64,000 nt of DNA from a virus. The notes beneath the pieces are model-generated. The model was not told where the DNA came from. It did no database searches and saw only the letters and a list, made by a program, of their open reading frames with translations. The DNA lies in the IMG/VR virus record IMGVR_UViG_3300047319_000798, positions 13,971 through 77,970 of that record. One strand, 5' to 3'. Positions 55,148 through 64,000 of the stretch are shown piece after piece. Position numbers and translations under genes: made by a program. The number at the start of each line of letters is the position of its first letter. The stretch's first letter is position 1.

Positions 55148-57490
55148 ATGCCCGACAATACTGCCGCCTCCATCACGGGGCGCGGGGAGGAGCTTGAGCG
55201 AGCGTTACAGGAGGGTAAGCGGTGGGCTGAGGCGAATAAGCGGCCCGACGGTGGGCAGGAGCTGGTAGACTGGCAAGCACGATATGCGCCCTATCGGCAA
55301 GCGACCCGCGAAGCGCACGAAAAGGCCCCGGTGTCCGCTCTGGCGATGGCCACCGCAGGGGATTGGCGGCGCGCGTTTAAGGAGGCTGAGGTCGCGCCCA
55401 ACGCTCTTGGCGCAGCTCTAGCTTTGGCGAAGCGCGGCGCGCTAATCTTCCCCTGTAATCCAGAGCACAAAGGCCCGCACGATATCCTGGGCCGCACTGG
55501 CGGATGTTTCTGGGCAACCGATGATCCGGTAGAGATAGAGGCGTGGTGGACAGCCGCGCCTCTTGCTTGTATAGGGCTGTTGCTAGGGCGACGCACCGGG
55601 GTCTGGGCAATCGATATCGACACGGGCAAAGCCCACAATGGTGTCGACGGGATAGGGAACCTCAACAAGCTAGAGGATGACCTGGACGCGCGGATCAGTG
55701 GGCGTATCCACATTACCGCCAATGACGGCAGACACATGCTGTTCAAGTGGTACGATGGCGGTCCACAGGGCAAACGGAACCCGCTCAAGATCGGTGACGT
55801 GGCCTATGAGGGCGTGGAGATCATTGGAGACGGCGCGTTCATAATTGTGCCGCCGTCGAAGCTGTTAGATGGTAAACAATACAAGGTTCACGATGAGAGC
55901 ATACCGCCAGCACCGCCTAAGAAGCTGGTGGCGGCGCTCAAGGGCGGCAAGGATAAGGAGAAGGTCAAGAAGATACGCGAACAGCCAGAACCGGCTGAAG
56001 ACACTAAGTGGGATGATGACTATTGTAACGGGGCGTTAGATAGGGCTGTAGAGGCGCTCCGCGCCACCGGTCCTGGTACATATGACCTAACCGCTAGCGT
56101 CGCCCTAAAGATCGGTTCGATTGTCGCCGGTGGTGGCCTAAAGGACGAGGTTGCGTGGGCGAAGCTATCTGAAGCCGCAACTACAGGCAAGCCAAGTGAC
56201 TATCTGGCTAAGGTGGCGCGGGCCTATGCTAAGGGCAAAGAGAACCCATGGACCCCTAAGCACCAGTTCATCAAATGGCCCGATTGGTATGGGCGACCTC
56301 TACCTTCGTTGGCTAATGCTGTATTGGCGATAGAACACCTAAACATGTTGCCTTATTTTAACGAACTAACTCATCGCGTGATGGTTCTAACGCCAAGCAG
56401 TGACCAGGAACTCAGCGAGGAAACAGAGCTAAACTTGCGTATGGAAATCCGTGACCGCGCGGACATGGCTTTTGATCCCGGCGAAAAGAGTATGCACCAG
56501 GCAATCATTTATCACGCATTCAAGAAAAGGGTGCACCCCTATCGCGATTATCTGGAGGGCTTGGTGTGGGACGGGGTGCGGCGGCTAGGCCGCTGGATGC
56601 CGCGATACATGGGGACAGTGAATAATCGCTATACCAGGGTGGTAGGTTATTGTTTCATAGTAGGCATTGTAGCCCGGGCCTATGAACCAGGTTGTAAACA
56701 AGACCACACCGTGGTGTTGGAGGGCGGCCAAGGGGCCTTCAAATCCCAGGCCTGTCGAGCATTGGTATCTGAGCAGTATTTCGCGGGTAACATGCCTAGC
56801 ATCAAGCGGGGTGTAGCAGCGATGGAGCAGGTTCAGGGCAAGATGCTGATCGAGCTAGCAGAGATTGTCGCCCTGATCCGCTCTGATCTGGAGGAGCTAA
56901 AGGCGTTCCTAACCAATGATAAAGATACCTTCCGCGTGGCCTATGATAAACACACGCATGATTTTAAGCGCACAGTCACATTCATCGGCACTACCAATGA
57001 TTATAACTGGCTGAACGACCCAACTGGCGGGCGGCGGTTTTGGCCGGTCAAGGTGGGCGACATTGAACTAAAGGCTTTGGAGCGGGACCGGGATCAGCTG
57101 TTCGCTGAGGCGGTGGTGAGCTTTAAGCGGAGGCGCAAATGGTGGCCGTCTCGACGGGTAGAGGCGCGATTATTTGCACCACAGCAGGAGCTGCGACAGG
57201 AGCTTTTAGGCCCATTTGATGAGAAGGTTGCGGAGGTGCTCAAGGGCATGGATGAGCCTACCTTACGGGAAATTGGTGATAAACTAGGCGCGACGTCTGT
57301 GCAGGATTGGACCCAGCTGCAGAGCCGATTGGCTGCTTCGATGCGCCGACTCAAATGGATACCGCTTCAAACCACTATTGACGGAGAAAAGAAGCGGTTT
57401 TGGAAGCGCGGTCCGGACGCGGAGCCCAAAGGCAATAATGCCAATTCTTCAGAAAACAAGTATCGAGATAATGATGAAATCCCGTTTTAA
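55148..57490 (+). CDS. Bifunctional primase-polymerase (Prim-Pol) fused to VirE/VapE-type helicase
   Basis: IFPC..KGP..WAIDID..GRHMLF (Prim-Pol); PGCKQDHTVVLEGGQGAFKS Walker A; FIGTTN..DPTGGRRFWPV. Confidence 0.85.
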   Translation: MPDNTAASITGRGEELERALQEGKRWAEANKRPDGGQELVDWQARYAPYRQATREAHEKAPVSALAMATAGDWRRAFKEAEVAPNALGAALALAKRGALIFPCNPEHKGPHDILGRTGGCFWATDDPVEIEAWWTAAPLACIGLLLGRRTGVWAIDIDTGKAHNGVDGIGNLNKLEDDLDARISGRIHITANDGRHMLFKWYDGGPQGKRNPLKIGDVAYEGVEIIGDGAFIIVPPSKLLDGKQYKVHDESIPPAPPKKLVAALKGGKDKEKVKKIREQPEPAEDTKWDDDYCNGALDRAVEALRATGPGTYDLTASVALKIGSIVAGGGLKDEVAWAKLSEAATTGKPSDYLAKVARAYAKGKENPWTPKHQFIKWPDWYGRPLPSLANAVLAIEHLNMLPYFNELTHRVMVLTPSSDQELSEETELNLRMEIRDRADMAFDPGEKSMHQAIIYHAFKKRVHPYRDYLEGLVWDGVRRLGRWMPRYMGTVNNRYTRVVGYCFIVGIVARAYEPGCKQDHTVVLEGGQGAFKSQACRALVSEQYFAGNMPSIKRGVAAMEQVQGKMLIELAEIVALIRSDLEELKAFLTNDKDTFRVAYDKHTHDFKRTVTFIGTTNDYNWLNDPTGGRRFWPVKVGDIELKALERDRDQLFAEAVVSFKRRRKWWPSRRVEARLFAPQQELRQELLGPFDEKVAEVLKGMDEPTLREIGDKLGATSVQDWTQLQSRLAASMRRLKWIPLQTTIDGEKKRFWKRGPDAEPKGNNANSSENKYRDNDEIPF

Positions 57491-57497
57491 CAGAAAA

Positions 57498-57720
57498 TTA
57501 ATCCCGGCACCCCGGCAATCCCGCCGGTCTCGCTATAAATACTATCCAATTTATTTTTTTCTCGCAAATCTGATCGAAGGTATGAACCGCCAAATCTGTC
57601 TTACGGGCGAGAAAGTGGAGGGATTACCGGGGTTCCGGGATTAACTAAGGAAGAAGAAGGGGTTATATTCAGCCCCGCCTATAGAGTTACACCATATGAG
57701 GCGGGATTATGGCGGGATTG
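57498..57720. other. Candidate replication origin (25-bp inverted repeat around AT-rich core)
   Basis: TTAATCCCGGCACCCCGGCAATCCC (57498-57522) vs GGGATTACCGGGGTTCCGGGATTAA (57620-57644), 2 mismatches; two further GGCGGGATT copies near 57700-57719. Confidence 0.55.
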
Positions 57721-58040
57721 AACGTGATGTGGCGGTATTGGTGCCGCGATGGTGGGAGTTTGGAAAAATGAGAAATAAAGATGTCGTTGGCAATGAGATG
57801 AAACGCGCGGAGGATCGGTTGCGTAAACTGGACGCAATGATAACTGAGGCGCGGGAATTGGGAATGGGTGAGACAATGGAAGCGGATTTGGCGGCTTTAC
57901 GTAATACAACTGCATCGGAATGTGATGCACTACAATTGGAATGGAAGGAATCAGAGCGGGAGCACCGGCGCAATACATTAAGAAGGGAATTGGGGGATAT
58001 ACGGCACGCAATGAAAGGTGAGACCAATGGCAAAACTTGA
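57696..58040 (+). CDS. Coiled-coil hypothetical protein (start uncertain)
   Basis: ORF track; charged helical sequence. Confidence 0.45.
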   Translation: MRRDYGGIERDVAVLVPRWWEFGKMRNKDVVGNEMKRAEDRLRKLDAMITEARELGMGETMEADLAALRNTTASECDALQLEWKESEREHRRNTLRRELGDIRHAMKGETNGKT

Positions 58041-58293
58041 ACGTGGACCAATGTCGTTGGGCTTGCTCCGAGCTAATGCACCCATAGCCTCCGCTGCGTG
58101 GGTGGCGGTCTATCGTGCGATGTCTCCGTACGATCAGGCGCGTACAATGGCAAAGGCGTGGGCTGGCCGTGCCCGGTGGGCTGCGCGCAGAGCCGGAATG
58201 CCCGAACCCGTCATCCAGACATTCGACGCCCACCTCACAGAGCAAGAGGGCGTCACCATCGTGCCCGGCACAATGCGGGAGTTCGACCTGTGA
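58018..58293 (+). CDS. Hypothetical protein
   Basis: ORF track; in operon. Confidence 0.45.
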   Translation: MRPMAKLERGPMSLGLLRANAPIASAAWVAVYRAMSPYDQARTMAKAWAGRARWAARRAGMPEPVIQTFDAHLTEQEGVTIVPGTMREFDL

Positions 58294-58495
58294 AGTTCAA
58301 GGTGGGCCAGCAGGTGACGATCATCAAGCACAAGGTCCACTATCACGGGATCATAGAGCAGATTGACCCTATCCTCAGCTCCAATTTCAAACGAGCAACC
58401 GGCTATTGGTATCTGGTCAAGTATATTGAGACTGTACCCTATTACTGTATTCGGGGTGAGCAAGGTCTTTTTACCAATCGCGACATTAAGGCTAG

Positions 58496-58524
58496 TTGAC
58501 TTCCTGCTAGAGCGCACTTAGGTT
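58496..58524 (+). promoter_or_regulatory. Sigma70-like promoter, leaderless geometry
   Basis: TTGACT-N17-TAGGTT, ATG 6 nt downstream, no SD. Confidence 0.65.
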
Positions 58525-58530
58525 ACAGTT

Positions 58531-59388
58531 ATGATCGATGAATTTCCTCAACTGGGCAAGTTCCTAGACTTCGTGATGAAGCGGGAATTGATACGCATCC
58601 GGCGCAAGCACGGACATCCGTATCCATGGTCAGATGACGACATCCTAAACACGCACCGGTTTACCAACATCCGGCGCGAGGATGACACCGTTACAATATG
58701 GATCAGGGACAACTGGCGTAAGCCGCACGCCAGCGACAAAGACCTTTGGTTTGCGATGATGGTGGCGCGGTTTATCAACCAGCCTCTAACACTAGAGCGT
58801 TTGGGCTACCCAGTCCCGTTTGACCCGGATAAAATGCTGGCGGTATTGAGCACCCCGAACCCGGGCGGAATATCGATCTGGCGCGCGGCCTACATGGTGC
58901 GCAGTGATACGGAATACGCGGGCCAGAACAAGGGCAGCTATCTGGTTGAGGCCCAGTTCAAGCCAGCGTGGGATAAGCGGGCGATGATGCGCCCTCTCAG
59001 TGACGAGACGCTCAACAGTTATCATATGCGCCTGATGGATATGCTCTACGGCATGGGCAGCTTTATGGCGGCCCAGGTTGTCGCCGACCTAAAGTACGCC
59101 AACCCGCTCAAGAACGCTAGCGATTGGACATCGTTCGCGGCTAGCGGGCCGGGCAGCCGCAAAGGCTTGAACGCTGTAATGGGGCGCGAGCTGACAGAGC
59201 CATGGGCAGAGGATAAGTGGCGGTTAGCCCACGCGCGTATGATCGATGCCCTCCAGCCGATGATCAAGAAGAAAGAACTGGATCTGAAGCTGGACGCTGC
59301 TGATTGGCAAAATTGCCTTTGCGAATTTGGCAAATATTGGAAGGCCTATACCGGTGTCGGTCGCCCCAAGCAGAGGTTCAAACCATGA
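58531..59388 (+). CDS. 5-hmdU DNA kinase (aGPT-Pplase1 family)
   Basis: PWSDDDIL..RFTNIRREDD, ARFIN, GMGSFMAAQVVADL, GPGSRKGL, QNCLCEFGKY. Confidence 0.85.
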   Translation: MIDEFPQLGKFLDFVMKRELIRIRRKHGHPYPWSDDDILNTHRFTNIRREDDTVTIWIRDNWRKPHASDKDLWFAMMVARFINQPLTLERLGYPVPFDPDKMLAVLSTPNPGGISIWRAAYMVRSDTEYAGQNKGSYLVEAQFKPAWDKRAMMRPLSDETLNSYHMRLMDMLYGMGSFMAAQVVADLKYANPLKNASDWTSFAASGPGSRKGLNAVMGRELTEPWAEDKWRLAHARMIDALQPMIKKKELDLKLDAADWQNCLCEFGKYWKAYTGVGRPKQRFKP

Positions 59389-60122
59389 GCACCAAGATAT
59401 TCCCCCATCGACCCCTTAACCCAATGAAGAATGTACTGCCAACGGCCCAGTCGCTAGCGCCGCCCGCGCCTGTCGTGGACATAGTAGCGCAGCGCCAGGC
59501 AATGGAGATTGCCCGGCTCCAGCGTAAGGGGCAGCGCGCTCTAGACCGGGCGGTGCAGCGCAAGCTGGCAGAGGCTGAGGACAAGACCACGAATGGCCCT
59601 GGCCCGCGATACCAGCCAGTTGCCGGTGCCCCCAATGGTCACGAGCGTTTCTTCAATGTGGATATCTTGTTGGTGGGAACATTGATGACGGAATGGAAAG
59701 AAAAGCGGATATCCCAGTCAACATTGATGCGCACGATACGTCCCGTTGACCTATGGGATATTGATTTACAAAACTGCGTGGCGTGCGGCAAGCGATTAGG
59801 CGTGGTGCGCTGGCCCGCGCTGTTGTACATCGCGCGGCCTAAGCCGCCGTCGAAGAAACGTCCACTTGATCCGGTATGCGTTTGTGAGGGGTGCTTTTTA
59901 GAGGATGCGCGGGGCGGTGATTCGCGGGGCTTAGCGGAATCAGCAATGTTAGCTTACACCAAGCTGGCTGAGCCCACAGCTGGGATTGAGATGAGCCAGG
60001 AAGACCTTGACACATGGGCGGCTCGAATTGATTTGTATGCGATAAGAAGCAAGCGTCGGGTCACCCAATATGAGGATGAACCCGCCTATGCTCAGTTCAA
60101 TCACATAATGATCCCCAGATAA
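59385..60122 (+). CDS. Zinc-finger hypothetical protein
   Basis: CVAC and CEGC; start at ATGA overlap (MSTKIF). Confidence 0.5.
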   Translation: MSTKIFPHRPLNPMKNVLPTAQSLAPPAPVVDIVAQRQAMEIARLQRKGQRALDRAVQRKLAEAEDKTTNGPGPRYQPVAGAPNGHERFFNVDILLVGTLMTEWKEKRISQSTLMRTIRPVDLWDIDLQNCVACGKRLGVVRWPALLYIARPKPPSKKRPLDPVCVCEGCFLEDARGGDSRGLAESAMLAYTKLAEPTAGIEMSQEDLDTWAARIDLYAIRSKRRVTQYEDEPAYAQFNHIMIPR

Positions 60123-60132
60123 GGATATCCAA

Positions 60133-60447
60133 ATGGATGACGATGACCCGAACCCGTTAATCGGGATACAACGCAGCCTATCAGCAGCAATACGTGAGAA
60201 GCACGTTGCGCCGCCCGCTGACAAATGGGATGAGGAGCGCTTTCCCTTTGGTGTTGCTCCGGGCGGCAACAAGATAGGGCTGAAGGTCTGCGCCATATGC
60301 GGCAAGCCGCCTACACTAACCCCGCGAAATGACTTGCCCGTCGCGTTCCTATTCTTTACAGAGCTATCGGCCCGGGAATACCGGATCAGCGGCATGTGTC
60401 AGGCGTGCCAGGATAGTATATTTGGAGGGGAGGTCGATGAGGGGTGA
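60133..60447 (+). CDS. Zinc-finger hypothetical protein
   Basis: CAICG..SAREYRISGMCQACQDSIF motif. Confidence 0.6.
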   Translation: MDDDDPNPLIGIQRSLSAAIREKHVAPPADKWDEERFPFGVAPGGNKIGLKVCAICGKPPTLTPRNDLPVAFLFFTELSAREYRISGMCQACQDSIFGGEVDEG

Positions 60448-60811
60448 AGTTCCGGCGGCTGAGCAGGTCTCAGTATTGGTACAGGCGACAGATCGCGAGG
60501 ACGCATACTTCATGGCCTTGTCGGCTGGCGGCCATCCGATAGCGCAATTTGGCTGGCCCTTGGAGGGGTGGAAGGATTTCGCTCAGCGTATCCTGACCCA
60601 GGTGGCGGCGTTCGAGCACGGCTCCAACCTGGAAATACCGCTAAGGATGATCTCTGACGAGATGGGTATGACGGCGTTTAACAAGACCATGGACTTCGCT
60701 CAGTTCCGCGATCATTTACCCACCAGCTTTATAATCAATACAAATAGCACAGACCCCGATCATAAGATCATTACCATCCAAGTGCGCCGGATGACCAAGG
60801 TCAAGTCATGA
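60437..60811 (+). CDS. Hypothetical protein
   Basis: Start MRGEVP after GGAGG; coupled to the PLP gene. Confidence 0.5.
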   Translation: MRGEVPAAEQVSVLVQATDREDAYFMALSAGGHPIAQFGWPLEGWKDFAQRILTQVAAFEHGSNLEIPLRMISDEMGMTAFNKTMDFAQFRDHLPTSFIINTNSTDPDHKIITIQVRRMTKVKS

Positions 60812-61623
60812 AGTCGATGTGCATAGCCTCGACACCACTGGAGATATATCCAGCCCTTGGAATGGTGGTTAAGCGCGAGGATTTGTGCTGTCCTGGCGGT
60901 CCACACTTTAGCAAGACACGCGGCGTCTGGGCGCATATATCCAAACGCCCCGAAAGCCTTATCGGCTGTCTGGATACATCCCATAGCCAAGGCGGCTGGG
61001 CAACGGCTGCGGCCTGTCGGATGTTAGGCAAGGCGGCAATCATCTTCTATCCGGTGTTCAAGCAGTTGCGCCCGCTATCGCCCTCGCAAATACACGGGCA
61101 GGAGCTGGGCGCGGAGCTTGCTCCGCTGCAGGCGGGACGGTCAGCTGTACTATACCACAAGGCGAAAGCCATGATGAAGGAGCGCGGCGGCTACATGATG
61201 CCTAACGCGCTGAAGCTGGATGAAACGGTTGATGAGACGGCGCGTGAGATGATTGATACCATAGATGCTTATGCCGTGGAGGGTGTCGAGGCGGTCTTGG
61301 TTAGCGCCTCATCCGGCACGATAGCCGCTGGCGTGTTTCGGGGCATGGCTGAGGTTGGTTGGCCGGTGCCTCTGTTGGTTCATCTAGGTTATGATCGCCC
61401 TGCGGCTATGGTGGAGCGCTATATTCAAGAAAAGGCAAGGATGTGCGATCACCGGGGCCAGATCATGATTTACAATGAGAAGTACGCGTACAAGGATAAG
61501 GCGCAGCCCGGGCCTGACGCGCCATTCCCATGCAACGAATACTATGACCTAAAGGCCTTCCGCTGGTATCAGCGGATTGGGCGTTCAATGTACAACCCTA
61601 TCTTGTTTTGGAATGTAGGATGA
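60808..61623 (+). CDS. PLP-dependent enzyme (fold type II; M6 gp52-like decarboxylase)
   Basis: VKREDL..FSKTRG (PLP Lys), SASSGTIAAG phosphate loop, YYDLKA, LFWNVG. Confidence 0.8.
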   Translation: MKSMCIASTPLEIYPALGMVVKREDLCCPGGPHFSKTRGVWAHISKRPESLIGCLDTSHSQGGWATAAACRMLGKAAIIFYPVFKQLRPLSPSQIHGQELGAELAPLQAGRSAVLYHKAKAMMKERGGYMMPNALKLDETVDETAREMIDTIDAYAVEGVEAVLVSASSGTIAAGVFRGMAEVGWPVPLLVHLGYDRPAAMVERYIQEKARMCDHRGQIMIYNEKYAYKDKAQPGPDAPFPCNEYYDLKAFRWYQRIGRSMYNPILFWNVG

Positions 61624-61877
61624 CAAGCCTCAGTGACATCTACTTCATCTGGAGCAACGAGCACAGGGCTTGGTGGGGGCCGAACGAGTGCGGCTATAGC
61701 CCGGGCTTGATCGGCGCGGGCGAATACACGCGTGACGAGGCCATGACCATCTGCCGCCGCGCGATACCCCAAGCGATGCACGTGGGGATTATCAGTGAAA
61801 TCCCGGTGCGTCGCGCTGACGTCATCGAGTTTCTGGACAAGCAACACGTGCCCGATGCGATCTGGAGGACTCAATGA
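61620..61877 (+). CDS. Hypothetical protein
   Basis: IWSNEHRAWW..GY..AGEYTRDEA motif. Confidence 0.6.
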   Translation: MTSLSDIYFIWSNEHRAWWGPNECGYSPGLIGAGEYTRDEAMTICRRAIPQAMHVGIISEIPVRRADVIEFLDKQHVPDAIWRTQ

Positions 61878-62194
61878 TGGACGAGCCCAAGGGTGAGCTG
61901 GCGCGTTATGCCTTTGGCTATTCCGACAAGAAGCCGGGATGGTTATTCTGGGTCATTCACGCCGCCATGGTAGCATTCGTGCTAGGCATGCTCTGGTCAG
62001 GCAAAGCTTACGCGCACTGTTATTCACGTTGGTATTATCCAACGCCCCAGCATTGCCGTCTATCCAATGCTCCAACACCCATACTCCATCGGGCCGAAGA
62101 GCAGAGCCATGACTGGTATGTTGAGTTTGTATTACCAGAAGACGAGCGCATCAAGGCTATTGACCAACTCAGGGTACAGTTGAATAAAGATTAA
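61874..62194 (+). CDS. Membrane-anchored hypothetical protein
   Basis: One TM segment; C..WYYP..QHC. Confidence 0.5.
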   Translation: MMDEPKGELARYAFGYSDKKPGWLFWVIHAAMVAFVLGMLWSGKAYAHCYSRWYYPTPQHCRLSNAPTPILHRAEEQSHDWYVEFVLPEDERIKAIDQLRVQLNKD

Positions 62195-62197
62195 CGG

Positions 62198-62226
62198 TTG
62201 ACTTCCCCGCTGAATCGGTTTACTGT
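62198..62226 (+). promoter_or_regulatory. Sigma70-like promoter, leaderless geometry
   Basis: TTGACT-N17-TACTGT, ATG 6 nt downstream, no SD. Confidence 0.65.
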
Positions 62227-62232
62227 AACTCT

Positions 62233-63753
62233 ATGTATCAAGGTGACATATCCCCGCCAGCGCCATATCAGCGCGAAGCGGCACGTCTTATCGTTACCAA
62301 TGACGTCTATGCCCTAACCATGGAAATGGGAACGGGTAAGGGGCGGCCATTGCTGCGTGCGTGGCTGGCTCGCGACAACAAGTCCATTGCGCAAGGATTT
62401 CCCCACATTGATATGTTGTTGATCGCGCCCAAGGGCTGCTATCTCAACTTCCTCAGCTTCCCACCTCCGCCCGGTTTAGAGGCTGAGCTGGGTGAGCTAG
62501 AGAAATGGCTCAAGCCGGATGAGTATGAGTCCACAAGCAAGATGTGGTGGGGGCCAACAAGCAAGTCTCACGAACGTGAGCTACAAGCCTTGTTGGTCGC
62601 AACGCGCCGTCGGTTCCTAACTATGAATGTCGAAGCGCTAAACCGGCCCGGGCGCGCACGCGATTACTTGCTGGAGTATGTTAAGAACCGACGTGTGATG
62701 GCGGTGATTGACGAGAGCACGTGCATAATGCACCACGATAGCAACCGCACAGAGTGGATTAACAAGATATTGCGACCCAGGCTGCGCCACCGTTACATCA
62801 TGACTGGCCTGGTTGCGCCCGAAAGCCCCCTCAATCTATTTAGCCAATACTATTTCCTCAACCCCAACATCCTGGGCGATCATTTCTTTTCCTTCCGTTC
62901 CCGCTATGCGATCACCCAGAAGGTGAATTTTACACCCATGAAGGAGCGCACGGCGGAGAAGCCGGGACGTGTGGCGACCATCGTCGTGGGCTATCGGACA
63001 GGGGCGATGGAACGATTGCGCGAGCGGTGCGCTCCGTACACGTACCGGGTGTTGCTCGATGACGTGGCCGACCTGCCCCGCAGCTATTCGTATTGGGATG
63101 TGGACCTAACCGATCAGCAGCACACGCTCTATGAGGCGATGAAGCTGGACGCCACGGCGGTTTTATCACGTGAGAAGAACGTCACCGCCTCTATGGCTGC
63201 CCACCAGCTAGCCTTGCTCCATCATATCGTCTGCGGCCATGTGCGCGCTGAGGACAAGTCGCTGGTCGATATCCCGTCCAACCGGGTTGAGTCACTGATG
63301 GAGTTGATCCAGGACCATTCGGGCAAGGCCATCTTCTTTGCGCCCTATCCTCGGCTGCTGGAGAAGATCACCGACGCGCTCAAGACCGCCTATGGTGATC
63401 AGAGTGTTGTCACCTATTGGGGCGCAACTAAGGACAAGGAGCGGGCTGACGCGCGCACGCGTATCCAGCGTGATCCCGAGACCCGGTTCATTGTAGCCAA
63501 TCAATCGGTAGGGGGCAAGGGTGGCACCTGGACCCAGGCGCGGCTGACCATATTCGCCGCCAATAGCTGGGATCAGGAAGACCGGCAGCAGTCAGAGTTT
63601 CGCAACCGGCGGCTAGGGCAGACAGAGCACGTCCATTTTGTCGATATGCGGGCGCGGAGTACAATCGAAGACAGACTAATCAGTGTGCTCAAGTCGAAGC
63701 GATCAATGAGCGCTGAGCTACAGGGTGATCGCTGGAGGGAGTGGCTGAAATGA
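62233..63753 (+). CDS. SNF2-family (SF2) helicase
   Basis: PYQ, MEMGTGK, IDES, MTG, QSEFRNRRLGQ motifs. Confidence 0.9.
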   Translation: MYQGDISPPAPYQREAARLIVTNDVYALTMEMGTGKGRPLLRAWLARDNKSIAQGFPHIDMLLIAPKGCYLNFLSFPPPPGLEAELGELEKWLKPDEYESTSKMWWGPTSKSHERELQALLVATRRRFLTMNVEALNRPGRARDYLLEYVKNRRVMAVIDESTCIMHHDSNRTEWINKILRPRLRHRYIMTGLVAPESPLNLFSQYYFLNPNILGDHFFSFRSRYAITQKVNFTPMKERTAEKPGRVATIVVGYRTGAMERLRERCAPYTYRVLLDDVADLPRSYSYWDVDLTDQQHTLYEAMKLDATAVLSREKNVTASMAAHQLALLHHIVCGHVRAEDKSLVDIPSNRVESLMELIQDHSGKAIFFAPYPRLLEKITDALKTAYGDQSVVTYWGATKDKERADARTRIQRDPETRFIVANQSVGGKGGTWTQARLTIFAANSWDQEDRQQSEFRNRRLGQTEHVHFVDMRARSTIEDRLISVLKSKRSMSAELQGDRWREWLK

Positions 63754-64000
63754 AACGAACACGCCAGAAGCGTTTGGGTTGTGGCGACCGGGCTGAGGTT
63801 GTCGCCACTGATCTTTTTCACTTGGTAGAGATGGCGGAGCTTTGTCCTCTCCACACCTTGACGGTTGTGGCGGGGGTTATGGGCCGTGCGCTCTATTACG
63901 CGATGCCTGATGAACTGGTCAATGAGGCGATTGACCGGGCGGCAGCCATGGCTAAGGAACTGGTCAAGGTTAACGCGGGTACGCTGGATGACAAGGACAA
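63750..64000 (+). CDS. Hypothetical protein (partial, 3' truncated)
   Basis: ATGA overlap with the helicase; open to the window end. Confidence 0.45.
   Translation, partial: MKRTRQKRLGCGDRAEVVATDLFHLVEMAELCPLHTLTVVAGVMGRALYYAMPDELVNEAIDRAAAMAKELVKVNAGTLDDKD

Noticed and set aside
1-64000. Prophage/integration features, tRNAs, stop-codon reassignment
   Set aside because: No integrase, repressor-att arrangement or tRNA cloverleaf recognised; known genes are full length under the standard code.

Overview
The whole window is part of a GC-rich tailed dsDNA phage genome with a contractile (myovirus-type) tail. The head and tail module resembles the DUF2213-protease/Bcep781-like group. The host is most likely an alphaproteobacterium, inferred from PEPxxWA-CTERM and DUF3309-type genes. 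Layout: (i) 1-32046, + strand: the tail end of a type IB topoisomerase, head, neck, sheath/tube, a tape measure with two peptidoglycan-hydrolase domains, baseplate and a large modular tail-fibre array; (ii) 32276-53352, mostly - strand: two PEP-CTERM cell-surface genes, early genes, a family A DNA polymerase and a 5-hydroxymethyluracil synthesis/hypermodification cluster (dUMP hydroxymethylase, HD hydrolase, DUF3310, two P-loop kinases, amino acid:DNA transferase, radical SAM, plus a 2OG-Fe(II) oxygenase); (iii) 53531-64000, + strand: SSB-like protein, primase-helicase, a candidate origin, 5-hmdU DNA kinase, PLP enzyme and SNF2 helicase. Main highlights: a complete M6-like thymidine hypermodification set in a myovirus with extra enzymes; phage-borne exosortase substrates; and a family of seven TTGACT-N17 promoters, each followed at about +1 by a hairpin with covarying stems and an invariant AAUYGG loop, which looks like an undescribed cis-regulatory RNA element. 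No terminase, portal, integrase, tRNA or CRISPR array was recognised in the window. All family assignments come from motif recognition by eye, not from database searches.
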